A stretch of 64,000 nucleotides of DNA from positions 4,094 to 68,093 of the forward strand of contig JBBRWY010000006.1 in NCBI GenBank assembly GCA_038248875.1, read 5' to 3'. The notes below the pieces were generated by a model. The model had not been told where the DNA came from and searched no databases. It saw nothing but the letters and a program-made list of their open reading frames with translations. The translations under genes and the position numbers were made by a program. Numbering within the stretch: position 1 is the first letter of the stretch; each line of letters starts with the position of its first letter. This DNA is from Treponematales bacterium (GTDB lineage Bacteria > Spirochaetota > Spirochaetia > Treponematales > Treponemataceae). Shown in pieces: positions 56,382 to 64,000 of the stretch.

Positions 56382-57061
56382 CGCCGTATCTCGCTTTCAA
56401 CTTTGCCGTCGCGGAGCATGATAAGCCGTCTGGCATAATCCATGACGAGGGAATCATGGGTGGAAAAAACGAAGGTGGTTCCCTCTCGTTCATTGAGCTG
56501 TAACATCAGATCGAGAATTTCCCGGCCGGTTTTCGAGTCGAGATTCGCGGTAGGTTCATCCGCGAGTATGAGCGACGGTTTTTTGACGAGTGCACGGGCT
56601 ATAGCGACTCGCTGCTGTTGGCCGCCCGACATTTCCTTCGGGCGGCGATTTTCGAGCCCGGTAAGACCCACGTCCGCGAGTGCCTTCCTGGACACATCGC
56701 GGGCTTCTTCCCGCGTGGCCCCGAGAAGTACGAGCGGCAGAGACACGTTTTCTATCGCGGACAGCACCGGTATCAGGTTGTAAGCCTGAAAGATGAAACC
56801 GACGGTCCTCCGCCGAAGGAGGGCCAGCTCGTTTCGTTTCATAGAAGCTGTTTCCAAACCATTGAGAAGGATGGACCCGGACGTCGGCGTGTCGAGGCAG
56901 CCGACCAGATGGAGAAAAGTTGACTTGCCGCTGCCCGACGGACCTGCAACTGCCGCGAACTCCCCGTTGTCAAAGGCAAGCGAAATCCCCTGAAGGGCAT
57001 TAACCGTTATATCGTTCAATTTATAATCCTTGACCAGATTCCGGGTTTCGATAACGTTCAT
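56378..57061 (-). CDS. ABC transporter ATP-binding protein (MacB/LolD-like)
   Basis: GPSGSGKST, LSGGQQQRVAIARAL, ILADEPT. Confidence 0.9.
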   Translation of the reverse strand: MNVIETRNLVKDYKLNDITVNALQGISLAFDNGEFAAVAGPSGSGKSTFLHLVGCLDTPTSGSILLNGLETASMKRNELALLRRRTVGFIFQAYNLIPVLSAIENVSLPLVLLGATREEARDVSRKALADVGLTGLENRRPKEMSGGQQQRVAIARALVKKPSLILADEPTANLDSKTGREILDLMLQLNEREGTTFVFSTHDSLVMDYARRLIMLRDGKVESEIRR

Positions 57062-58002
57062 GATTTTTTTCCTTTATGTAGTTCGCCGAGTGCCTGAAGG
57101 CCGAACACATCGGTTCCGTTCAGCTCTCCTGCGATGGAATCGGGAACGAGCGTCATTGAATTGCCCGCTTTGAAACCCTCGTTGAGAATTGAAAGCTGTT
57201 TGAGCCGGAGTGCGACGCCATCCGCAGGATAGAGTTTTGCCGCTTCGGTGAGTTTTCGGGCTATTTCGATTTCGGCCTCGGCAAGCAGGATTCGTCCTTT
57301 TTTTTCCCGCTCGGCCTGAGCCACACGGCATAAGGATTCCTGCAGGTTTTCCGGAATCTGGATATCGGTGATTTCGATGTGCTGGACCGTTACCCCCCAT
57401 TCGGTTGTCTTTCGGTCGACCGTTTTCTGGATGACGTCCTCGATGACGCCATTCTGTTCCAGAAATACTGACAGGTCATGCTGGCTTATTGCGCTCCGCA
57501 GTGCGGTCTTTGCGGAAAGAATTACTGCTGCTTCGTAATCCTGGACCTCACACACGGCTTTTTCTGCATCCCACACGAGCCAGAAACACAGAGCATCGAC
57601 CGTTACTGTCACGGAATCTTTAGACAGTGTCGTTTCTGCGGTGAAATCACTCACACGTATACGAAGATCGACGACTTCTGCGATCTTGTCGATGAAAGGC
57701 AGTTTGAGAAAAAGGCCGGGGCCTTTTACGTGGTGGAATCTTCCAAGCCGGAGTACGACCGCGCGGTCCCATTCTTCCATTTTACGAACACTGGTAACGA
57801 ATAAGAACGCGAGGAAGGGTGGCGCAAGAAGCCAAGCTATTCCCTCGACCGAAGAAGGTCGGCTACCGGAAGCGTACTGCAGACCATAGCCGAGGCCGAA
57901 AAGAGCGATGAATAGTGCGTACCTGAGTGCGAACTGACCCCACTGTGATTTGGTCTTGCGGTGATTTTTTACCAGACTTTCGTGTATCGATTTTTCGCTC
58001 AT
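57058..58002 (-). CDS. SPFH/band-7 (stomatin-like) membrane protein
   Basis: Two TM helices, then WDRAVVLRLGRFHHVKGPGLFLKLPFID and a C-terminal coiled-coil AQAEREKKGRILLAEAE. Confidence 0.85.
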   Translation of the reverse strand: MSEKSIHESLVKNHRKTKSQWGQFALRYALFIALFGLGYGLQYASGSRPSSVEGIAWLLAPPFLAFLFVTSVRKMEEWDRAVVLRLGRFHHVKGPGLFLKLPFIDKIAEVVDLRIRVSDFTAETTLSKDSVTVTVDALCFWLVWDAEKAVCEVQDYEAAVILSAKTALRSAISQHDLSVFLEQNGVIEDVIQKTVDRKTTEWGVTVQHIEITDIQIPENLQESLCRVAQAEREKKGRILLAEAEIEIARKLTEAAKLYPADGVALRLKQLSILNEGFKAGNSMTLVPDSIAGELNGTDVFGLQALGELHKGKKS

Positions 58003-58406
58003 ATCCTGTTGTCCTCCTTGAATGAAAGCAGTAAATTGGAAATTTCGGAGTGCTCGATTCCGAGCGCCTCCAGTTCTTTGAAGTAGCGGGCGATAATGAG
58101 TGCTACCTTAATTTCCCGTTCGTCGTTGTTTGCGGCCGGTTTCCGGCTGGCCACATACGTACCGCTACCGACCTGGGTTACCACAAATTTTTTCAGTTCG
58201 AGCTCCGCGTAGGCCTTCGCTATGGTGTTGGGGTTTATTTTCAGCTCGATCGCAAGGGCGCGGATCGTGGGCAGGCGTTCCCCGGTGACCAGTTTCCCCG
58301 AGAGGATCGCCCATTCGATGTGGTGGATGATCTGCCGGTAAAAGGGAACATCGCTTGACCCGTCGAGGGTGAAAAGCAGGCCTTTGTCCACTATTGTACT
58401 ACTCAT
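57999..58406 (-). CDS. GntR-family transcriptional regulator (short, YtrA-like)
   Basis: PFYRQIIHHIEWAILSGKLVTGERLPTIRALAIELKINPNTIAKAYAEL. Start set to the ATG at 58404-58406 because the ORF-track start at 58442 falls inside the promoter -35. Confidence 0.85.
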   Translation of the reverse strand: MSSTIVDKGLLFTLDGSSDVPFYRQIIHHIEWAILSGKLVTGERLPTIRALAIELKINPNTIAKAYAELELKKFVVTQVGSGTYVASRKPAANNDEREIKVALIIARYFKELEALGIEHSEISNLLLSFKEDNRI

Positions 58407-58413
58407 ATAATAC

Positions 58414-58442
58414 AATATAGTTGTACTAGTACAATCTGTCAA
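58414..58442 (-). promoter_or_regulatory. Promoter TTGACA-N17-TATATT with the 14-bp palindrome TTGTACTAGTACAA inside the spacer
   Basis: On the minus strand the -35 is at 58437-58442 and the -10 at 58414-58419. The perfect palindrome is at 58421-58434. The ATG begins 7 nt after the -10. Confidence 0.55.
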
Positions 58443-58530
58443 GGATTTCCGAGATTGAATTTAGATCAAAGTTGACAAATCGCTCAACTGACTCCAAAAT
58501 AGCAGTTGAGTAATTATTTGGAGGTATATA

Positions 58531-59778
58531 TTGCAAGAGGTTGAAAAGCCCCTGTATTGGTACATGGTTTTTATTTTGACTACATTGGTGGTTGCCGGCC
58601 TGCTTCATAGAGGACCGGAGGCCGCTATACGCGGATTTCTGCTGCTCCAAAGGTCGCCAACACGGCTGGTTACCGATTTTACCGTAACCGCAGGCATTGG
58701 AGGAACGCTGCTCAATGCCGCTGTGGTCGGAGCGATCGGATTATTCATTGTCCATTTCGTTCATGTACGCCTTTCCGGCCCAACACTGGCGGCAATTTTT
58801 ACCATGATAGGCTTCAGTTTTTTCGGCAGTACACCGTTAAACATGATTCCTCTCTTTTTGGGCGTTTTTCTTGCGAGCCGTATTTCCGGAAATCCGTTCA
58901 GTCATTACATTCTGATCGCCTTTTTCGGCACTTCGCTCGATCCCCTGACTGATTATCTCTCTTTCGAGGCAGGACTTCCCGCTTTGTATGGTATTCCTCT
59001 CGGCATTTTTGCGGGCGTCATTGTCGGCCTGATTCTTCCTGCGGTTGCCATGGTTATGCTACGTTTGCATCAGGGTTTTTCGCTGTACAACATTGGCTTC
59101 ACCGCCGGCTTCATTGCCCTTTTTGCATCATCCCTGTTGATTGCCGCCGGCGCCGACCTTACCCTGCCGATGATATGGAACCGCACTTCTGATCCTCTTT
59201 TATACCTTTTAATACCGGTATATTCCGTAATGACCTTGATTTGGGCTATTGTGCTCGGAAAGAAAAAAACGTTTACGGGTTTTTTTAAAATCATGAAACT
59301 GAGCGGCCGGCTTCCGTCGGATTTCGTGGATATAACTTCTACGGGCGCAGCTCTCTTCAATATGGGCATTCTGGGACTATTCGGGAGCGCATATATCTTC
59401 GTCGTCGGAGGAGATTTCAATGGGCCCACTATTGGCGCGCTCATGACAGTAATGGGTTTTGGAGCCTTCGGGAAACACCTGCGTAATTGCATTCCAGTCA
59501 TGCTGGGAATATTTCTGGCAACCTTTCTTTTCGGGAAATCGCCTGCTGATTCAGGGCCGCTGCTGGCTATCCTCTTCGGTACTACCCTCGCACCCATCGC
59601 GGGCGAATTTGGCCCCCTCGTCGGCATGCTTGCGGGTTTTCTGCATCTAGGCATCGTCGACCGGACAACTTCCTGGCACGGCGGCCTCAATCTCTATAAC
59701 AATGGTTTTGCCGCGGGACTCACCGCCACCCTGATTCTTGCCTGCATCGAGTGGTATCGCTCGAACCGGTCTAATTGA
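58531..59778 (+). CDS. Multi-pass integral membrane protein (possibly DUF1576 family, from memory)
   Basis: About 10 hydrophobic helices. TTG start 6 nt after GGAGG. Confidence 0.65.
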   Translation: MQEVEKPLYWYMVFILTTLVVAGLLHRGPEAAIRGFLLLQRSPTRLVTDFTVTAGIGGTLLNAAVVGAIGLFIVHFVHVRLSGPTLAAIFTMIGFSFFGSTPLNMIPLFLGVFLASRISGNPFSHYILIAFFGTSLDPLTDYLSFEAGLPALYGIPLGIFAGVIVGLILPAVAMVMLRLHQGFSLYNIGFTAGFIALFASSLLIAAGADLTLPMIWNRTSDPLLYLLIPVYSVMTLIWAIVLGKKKTFTGFFKIMKLSGRLPSDFVDITSTGAALFNMGILGLFGSAYIFVVGGDFNGPTIGALMTVMGFGAFGKHLRNCIPVMLGIFLATFLFGKSPADSGPLLAILFGTTLAPIAGEFGPLVGMLAGFLHLGIVDRTTSWHGGLNLYNNGFAAGLTATLILACIEWYRSNRSN

Positions 59779-59794
59779 TTTTTCTGGAGGATTT

Positions 59795-60181
59795 ATGAAA
59801 ACAAAAGACTATATCATGCATCTGGTTGCCGAAATATCAAATTTTATCCTTGAAAGCCGTCCATCTCGGATGGTCATTTCACTGCATCAGGAAAAGGACG
59901 GTCTGCATCTGAGCATCCTTGACGATACAATCAGAACAGATGATTCGATGGCGACCATCCATCAGTCGTTGAATATGCCTCTGCGGCCGGAGCTTGCAGA
60001 GTATTACGGATCGATGGCCGGAAGCGATCTTATCGGCGCTGCCCGTCTCAACCTTATAGGTTGGCAGGTCAAGCGTGCAGATGTAACCCGGATTCCCAAA
60101 GGGACGAAGATCGACCTCTGGCTCGGCAGCGACCGTTTCGATTCCGAAAAGTTTTCCATGCCTTCCACAGTCAAAAAATAA
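59795..60181 (+). CDS. Hypothetical protein, 128 aa
   Basis: ATG at 59795 preceded by GGAGG. No family recognised. Confidence 0.5.
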   Translation: MKTKDYIMHLVAEISNFILESRPSRMVISLHQEKDGLHLSILDDTIRTDDSMATIHQSLNMPLRPELAEYYGSMAGSDLIGAARLNLIGWQVKRADVTRIPKGTKIDLWLGSDRFDSEKFSMPSTVKK

Positions 60182-60359
60182 TCCGGTCAGTTGCCGGCAT
60201 CGTCAGGATACGGGTGAAGGATGAAGCCCATATACAGCCTTGGAGGGGTATGTGTGCTACCGAACAGTCAATCTTCTCCATTGTTAGTAAGCTAATGTCT
60301 GGATGTGCCGCGTTGGCACCAACCGGATAGAGGTTTTAAACAAAGAGGAGAATTGAATT

Positions 60360-60632
60360 ATGGGTTTATTAGATTATGTATCAAAGGTAGTGCATCCCAA
60401 GAGAAGTACACAAGTTGCTGATATTCTTTGGGCGACCACTGTCGGTTTAGCTGCCGGCTTTCTCGCCGGAATTTTATTCGCACCGGAAACGGGAAAAGAC
60501 ACTCGGACAGCCATCGCAAAAACCGGACGACTTGTCTCCAATAAGGTTAAAACATCGCTGAGCCACGCAAAAGGAACGCTTGAGGAAGTTGCGTCCAAAG
60601 TAGCTAACGAGTTTCCGACCGAAGGAGAATAA
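60360..60632 (+). CDS. YtxH-domain protein
   Basis: GLAAGFLAGILFAPETGKDTRTAIAKTG is the typical YtxH N-terminal helix plus motif. AGAGGAG lies upstream. Confidence 0.7.
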   Translation: MGLLDYVSKVVHPKRSTQVADILWATTVGLAAGFLAGILFAPETGKDTRTAIAKTGRLVSNKVKTSLSHAKGTLEEVASKVANEFPTEGE

Positions 60633-60633
60633 T

Positions 60634-61020
60634 ATGGAGTTCAATATCAACATCGGACAGGCCGGTCTTTTCGTCGGTTTCTGTGTGCTGTTAGTGATTT
60701 CGGTGTATTTGATAATCACATTGTCAAACATCAATAAATTAATGGTTAAGCTGAATCGAATCATTGGGATGAATACCGAAAACATCAATATGACCTGCGC
60801 TTTACTGCCTTTGATAGCGACAAATGTAAACGGCGCAGCCATCGGGATCAAAGATGGTTTTGCCACCGTCGGATCGGCGGTCGGGACGCTTGATGAGTCT
60901 CGTGTCGAGACTGTAGCCGCAGTCACCGCCGGTGCGGAGAATATTCTCAAACTTATTTCCGTGGCCGGCACTCTGGTACAGAGTGTTATTCACTCGTTTA
61001 CGCATAGGAAACGCAGATAA
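60634..61020 (+). CDS. Small membrane-anchored protein (DUF948-like)
   Basis: N-terminal TM GLFVGFCVLLVISVYLIITL followed by a helical region. Starts 1 nt after the ytxH-like stop. Confidence 0.55.
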   Translation: MEFNINIGQAGLFVGFCVLLVISVYLIITLSNINKLMVKLNRIIGMNTENINMTCALLPLIATNVNGAAIGIKDGFATVGSAVGTLDESRVETVAAVTAGAENILKLISVAGTLVQSVIHSFTHRKRR

Positions 61021-61082
61021 TAGTTGCCCGGGTCAATCTTCATAGCGCGAACCTGGGTTAAAAAAAATAATTGAGGTAATCA

Positions 61083-64000
61083 ATGCCAAACGCATTTCGC
61101 GCGCTTCTTGACTCGGGGACTCTCAGTTTCGTAAGAAAAAATCCTGCAATCGAACAGCCGCTTCGGTCCGAAATCTTCAATCCCGAACAGATGCAGACCT
61201 ACGGAAGAACGCTGTCAGAATCTCATACACTGAGCCCTTCCCGGGCCTGCTTCGATAGTCTGCTTGGAAGGCTTGAAGAAAACGAAACAATTCTTGAAGA
61301 AATTCGTGTCCTGCTCACGGACGCAGTCGCAGCAAAAGAACGGATTGTTCCCGCCGCCGATTGGATTTTGGACAATTTCTATCTTGTGCAAGATCATATC
61401 AGGACGAGTAAGAGGGACTTGCCGAAGGGTTTCAGCAAAGAACTACCACGCCTTGAGGGCAGTTCCCCTCCCGGGCTTCCGCGAGTGTATGACATCGCAC
61501 TGGAACGAATTTCTCACGGAGACGGTCTCGTTGATCCTGAAACGCTTCAGGGTTTTTTTGATGCATATCAGTCCGTGAATATCCTGACGCTTGGGGAATT
61601 ATGGGCTTTTCCAATTATGCTGCGTCTTGCACTCATCGAAAATCTTCGACGCATATCGATTCGTATTGCCAACGAGATGAACATCCAGCATAACGCTGCT
61701 CTCTGGGCAAATCGGTTGCTCGCGCGGGTAGCGTCCGATCCCAAAAGTGTGATACTGCTTGTCGCTGATTTAGCGCGATCGGACCCGCCTTTGGTAAGTT
61801 CTTTCGTCGCCGAATTTTCTTATAGACTGCAGGGCAAAGGTTCTGCGCTCGCGCTGCCTATTGCTTGGCTGGAACAGCAACTTGCCGAAAAGAATGAGTC
61901 GATTGATTCCCTCGTGCAGACTGAAATGCAACAACAAGCTTCCGATCAAGTCTCTGTCAGCAACACAATTCGTAGTCTCCGTTTCCTGACTGCAAAGGAC
62001 TGGAAACAGTTCGTAGAAAATTGTAGTGATGTCGAAAAAACATTGGCGAAGGATCCATCCGGCTGCTATAGAGGTATGGAGTTTTCCACCAGAGACCGAT
62101 ACCGTCATGTGGTCGAAAAGACTGCGAAGCTGAACGGCACAAGCGAGGCAGTCATAGCTGCGTGTGCAATTGCTCTTGCCCAGGAAGCCTGTGATACAGC
62201 TGGTAAACAAAATCGTGTTTCACATGTTGGTTACTATCTGGTCGACAAAGGATTTGCACAACTTGAAAAAAAGATATCGATTAAGCGGACTTTTAGCGCG
62301 AAAATCCATGCTTTTGCACAACGAAAAACATTTCGTCTGTACATCGGAGCGATATTTTTTCTGACTCTTTTGACGACTGCCTTTTTAACTACCGAGGCAT
62401 TCCATGAAGGAATCGGACTCGGGGTATTGTCATTCCTTACTGTCCTTATTTTCGTGTGCGCAACGGGTTTATCGGTCGCGTTGGTAAATTGGGCAATCAT
62501 GCTGTTCGCAAAACCCGCGGAACTTCCCCGAATGGACTATGCCGAAGGAATCCCTACTTCGGCGCGGACCCTGGTTGTAATTCCATCAATGTTTTCCTGC
62601 CAAGGGCATATCGACTCGCTCATCGAGGCGCTGGAAGTCCGGTTTCTCGCAAACCGAGATAACAATCTTTTTTTTGGACTTCTCACCGATTATCCTGATG
62701 CCAAAAAACAATTCAATCCGGGCGATACCGAGCTGCTTGCTTATGCGCAGAAAAAAATGGAAGAGCTCAACAATACGTATCGAACAGACAAAATGGAACC
62801 TTTCTTTCTGTTTCACCGGGAAAGACTTTGGAATGAACGAGAAAAAACATGGATGGGCTACGAGCGCAAACGGGGGAAACTCATGGCGCTGAACGCGCTC
62901 ATACTTGAAGGCATAACAGAAAACTTCTCTCTGATAACGGGAAAGATTTCGCAATTGTCGAGCGTTGTATATGTGTGTACCCTGGATACCGATACCTTTT
63001 TGCCGCGCGATACCGCCCGAATGATGGTCGGTGCACTGTCTCACCCGCTCAATAGACCCCGCTTCGACGAAGCAAAAGATCGTATCGTCGAAGGATATGG
63101 TATTTTACAACCGCGCGTAGCTTCCAGCTTGCTGGGCTCGTCGCGATCCTGTTATGCGCGTCTTAACGGCAGCGACCCGGGACTCGATCCCTACACACGC
63201 GCCGTCTCGGATGTATATCAGGACCTCTTCGGAGAAGGATCATTCATCGGTAAAGGAATTTATGACGTCGCTTCTTTCGAACGCGTCCTTAAAGACCGTC
63301 TTCCGGAAAACAGAATACTCAGCCATGACCTTCTTGAAGGTTGTTACGCCCGTTCGGGGTTGCTCAGCGATATACAACTCATAGAGGCCGCGCCATTTTC
63401 GTATCATGCGGACGTGCAGCGGCGCAAGCGGTGGATGCGGGGTGACTGGCAGTTGTTTCCCTGGCTTTTTACGTCCGTTCCTTCGAAAACCGGACCGCGT
63501 ATAAAAAATCCAATTTCGGCACTTGGAAAATGGAAAATACTCGACAATCTCAGACGGAGTATTACGTCGACCGCCCTGACTATTTTACTGCTCTTATCAT
63601 GGACAGTCCTTCCTGATTCACTTCTGTGGACTTTCGCTGTTGCACTCATCATGCTGTTGCCGGCATTCCTTGCTTCTATTACCGGATTTTTTGGTAAGCC
63701 GAAAGACATGCCGGTGGTGCCCTATATTATTTCTGCACTGCACTCTTCGGTACTTCATCTTGCTCCCGCTTTTTTCACTCTCGCTTGTCTGTCCTACGAT
63801 GCATATTTCAGCTTGCGGACAATAGCTGTTGTCCAGTGGCGTATATTGATTTCCCGGAGAAAGCTGCTCGAGTGGCATGCCTCGGATACGGATAACGGAA
63901 AAGACAATGGTACTTTTGGCTCTTCTCTGAAGATCATGTGGTTTAGCCCGCTCCTCTCTTTCTCGCTGTCGGTGTTTTTTTTGATGACAAATCCATCGAC
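61083..64000 (+). CDS. Cyclic beta-1,2-glucan synthase (NdvB/ChvB/Cgs)-like giant glycosyltransferase; N-terminal 972 codons (runs off the right edge)
   Basis: My own translation from the ATG at 61083 (GAGGT upstream) gives MPNAFRALLDSG...LGELWAFPIMLRLALIENLRRIS...LVVIPSMFSCQGHIDSLIEALEVRFLANRDNNLFFGLLTDYPDA...WMGYERKRGKLMALN. The frame is open to 64000 and no ORF-track entry uses this frame. Confidence 0.8.
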   Translation, partial: MPNAFRALLDSGTLSFVRKNPAIEQPLRSEIFNPEQMQTYGRTLSESHTLSPSRACFDSLLGRLEENETILEEIRVLLTDAVAAKERIVPAADWILDNFYLVQDHIRTSKRDLPKGFSKELPRLEGSSPPGLPRVYDIALERISHGDGLVDPETLQGFFDAYQSVNILTLGELWAFPIMLRLALIENLRRISIRIANEMNIQHNAALWANRLLARVASDPKSVILLVADLARSDPPLVSSFVAEFSYRLQGKGSALALPIAWLEQQLAEKNESIDSLVQTEMQQQASDQVSVSNTIRSLRFLTAKDWKQFVENCSDVEKTLAKDPSGCYRGMEFSTRDRYRHVVEKTAKLNGTSEAVIAACAIALAQEACDTAGKQNRVSHVGYYLVDKGFAQLEKKISIKRTFSAKIHAFAQRKTFRLYIGAIFFLTLLTTAFLTTEAFHEGIGLGVLSFLTVLIFVCATGLSVALVNWAIMLFAKPAELPRMDYAEGIPTSARTLVVIPSMFSCQGHIDSLIEALEVRFLANRDNNLFFGLLTDYPDAKKQFNPGDTELLAYAQKKMEELNNTYRTDKMEPFFLFHRERLWNEREKTWMGYERKRGKLMALNALILEGITENFSLITGKISQLSSVVYVCTLDTDTFLPRDTARMMVGALSHPLNRPRFDEAKDRIVEGYGILQPRVASSLLGSSRSCYARLNGSDPGLDPYTRAVSDVYQDLFGEGSFIGKGIYDVASFERVLKDRLPENRILSHDLLEGCYARSGLLSDIQLIEAAPFSYHADVQRRKRWMRGDWQLFPWLFTSVPSKTGPRIKNPISALGKWKILDNLRRSITSTALTILLLLSWTVLPDSLLWTFAVALIMLLPAFLASITGFFGKPKDMPVVPYIISALHSSVLHLAPAFFTLACLSYDAYFSLRTIAVVQWRILISRRKLLEWHASDTDNGKDNGTFGSSLKIMWFSPLLSFSLSVFFLMTNPS

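Overview
This is a gene-dense chromosomal segment of about 50% GC with roughly 60 supportable CDS. I recognised no rRNA, tRNA, CRISPR array, transposase or integrase. The gene content suggests a motile anaerobe, probably a spirochete (Treponema-like): CheX, CheC and CheD together, five MCP-domain proteins, a sensory [FeFe]-hydrogenase-like chemoreceptor, an RRM RNA-binding protein and a LolA-like/FtsX-type ABC set. That taxonomic call is inference only. Positions 1-32 kb form a signal-transduction island. It holds tandem REC-PAS kinases and an MCP-like/CheY pair. It also holds a 14-gene, 12.7-kb minus-strand che operon: cheA, poly-HAMP MCP, cheW, cheR, a parA-like gene, an unknown gene, cheB, cheD, cheY, a cheX-like gene, a truncated cheR, an MBL hydrolase, an HDAC-type deacetylase and a GNAT. 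Further along are rsmH, a PAS kinase with its response regulator, a second MCP-CheY-CheC-kinase cluster ending in a 1100-aa 7TM kinase/receiver/class III cyclase, gltX, and the hydrogenase-like MCP. Positions 32-64 kb are mostly housekeeping or envelope genes: glyQS, a ROK regulator, two aldo/keto reductases, nadE, tyrS, a ParB-like protein, PBP1A, a LysM-M23 peptidase, ferredoxin, an AAA+ ATPase, an ATP-grasp enzyme, dus, an RRM protein, a gntR-SPFH-ABC-LolA-like-OMP operon, YtxH-type proteins and the 5' part of a giant cyclic beta-1,2-glucan-synthase-like gene. The observations most worth follow-up are these. (1) A reversible-acetylation-like module is translationally coupled to the end of the che operon. 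(2) CheA carries two HPt domains and a tandem MshEN-like (c-di-GMP-type) motif pair in place of P2. (3) An MCP-like protein has a CheZ-like FQDITRQ motif and is coupled to a CheY. (4) A ParA-like ATPase and an unknown partner sit inside the che operon. (5) One MCP is an HydS-like sensor. (6) The tyrS promoter and first 13 codons are duplicated as a 78-nt repeat that ends in an 11-bp hairpin. (7) Five genes share a promoter geometry that predicts leaderless mRNAs. All family calls come from motif recognition by eye; no database search was run.
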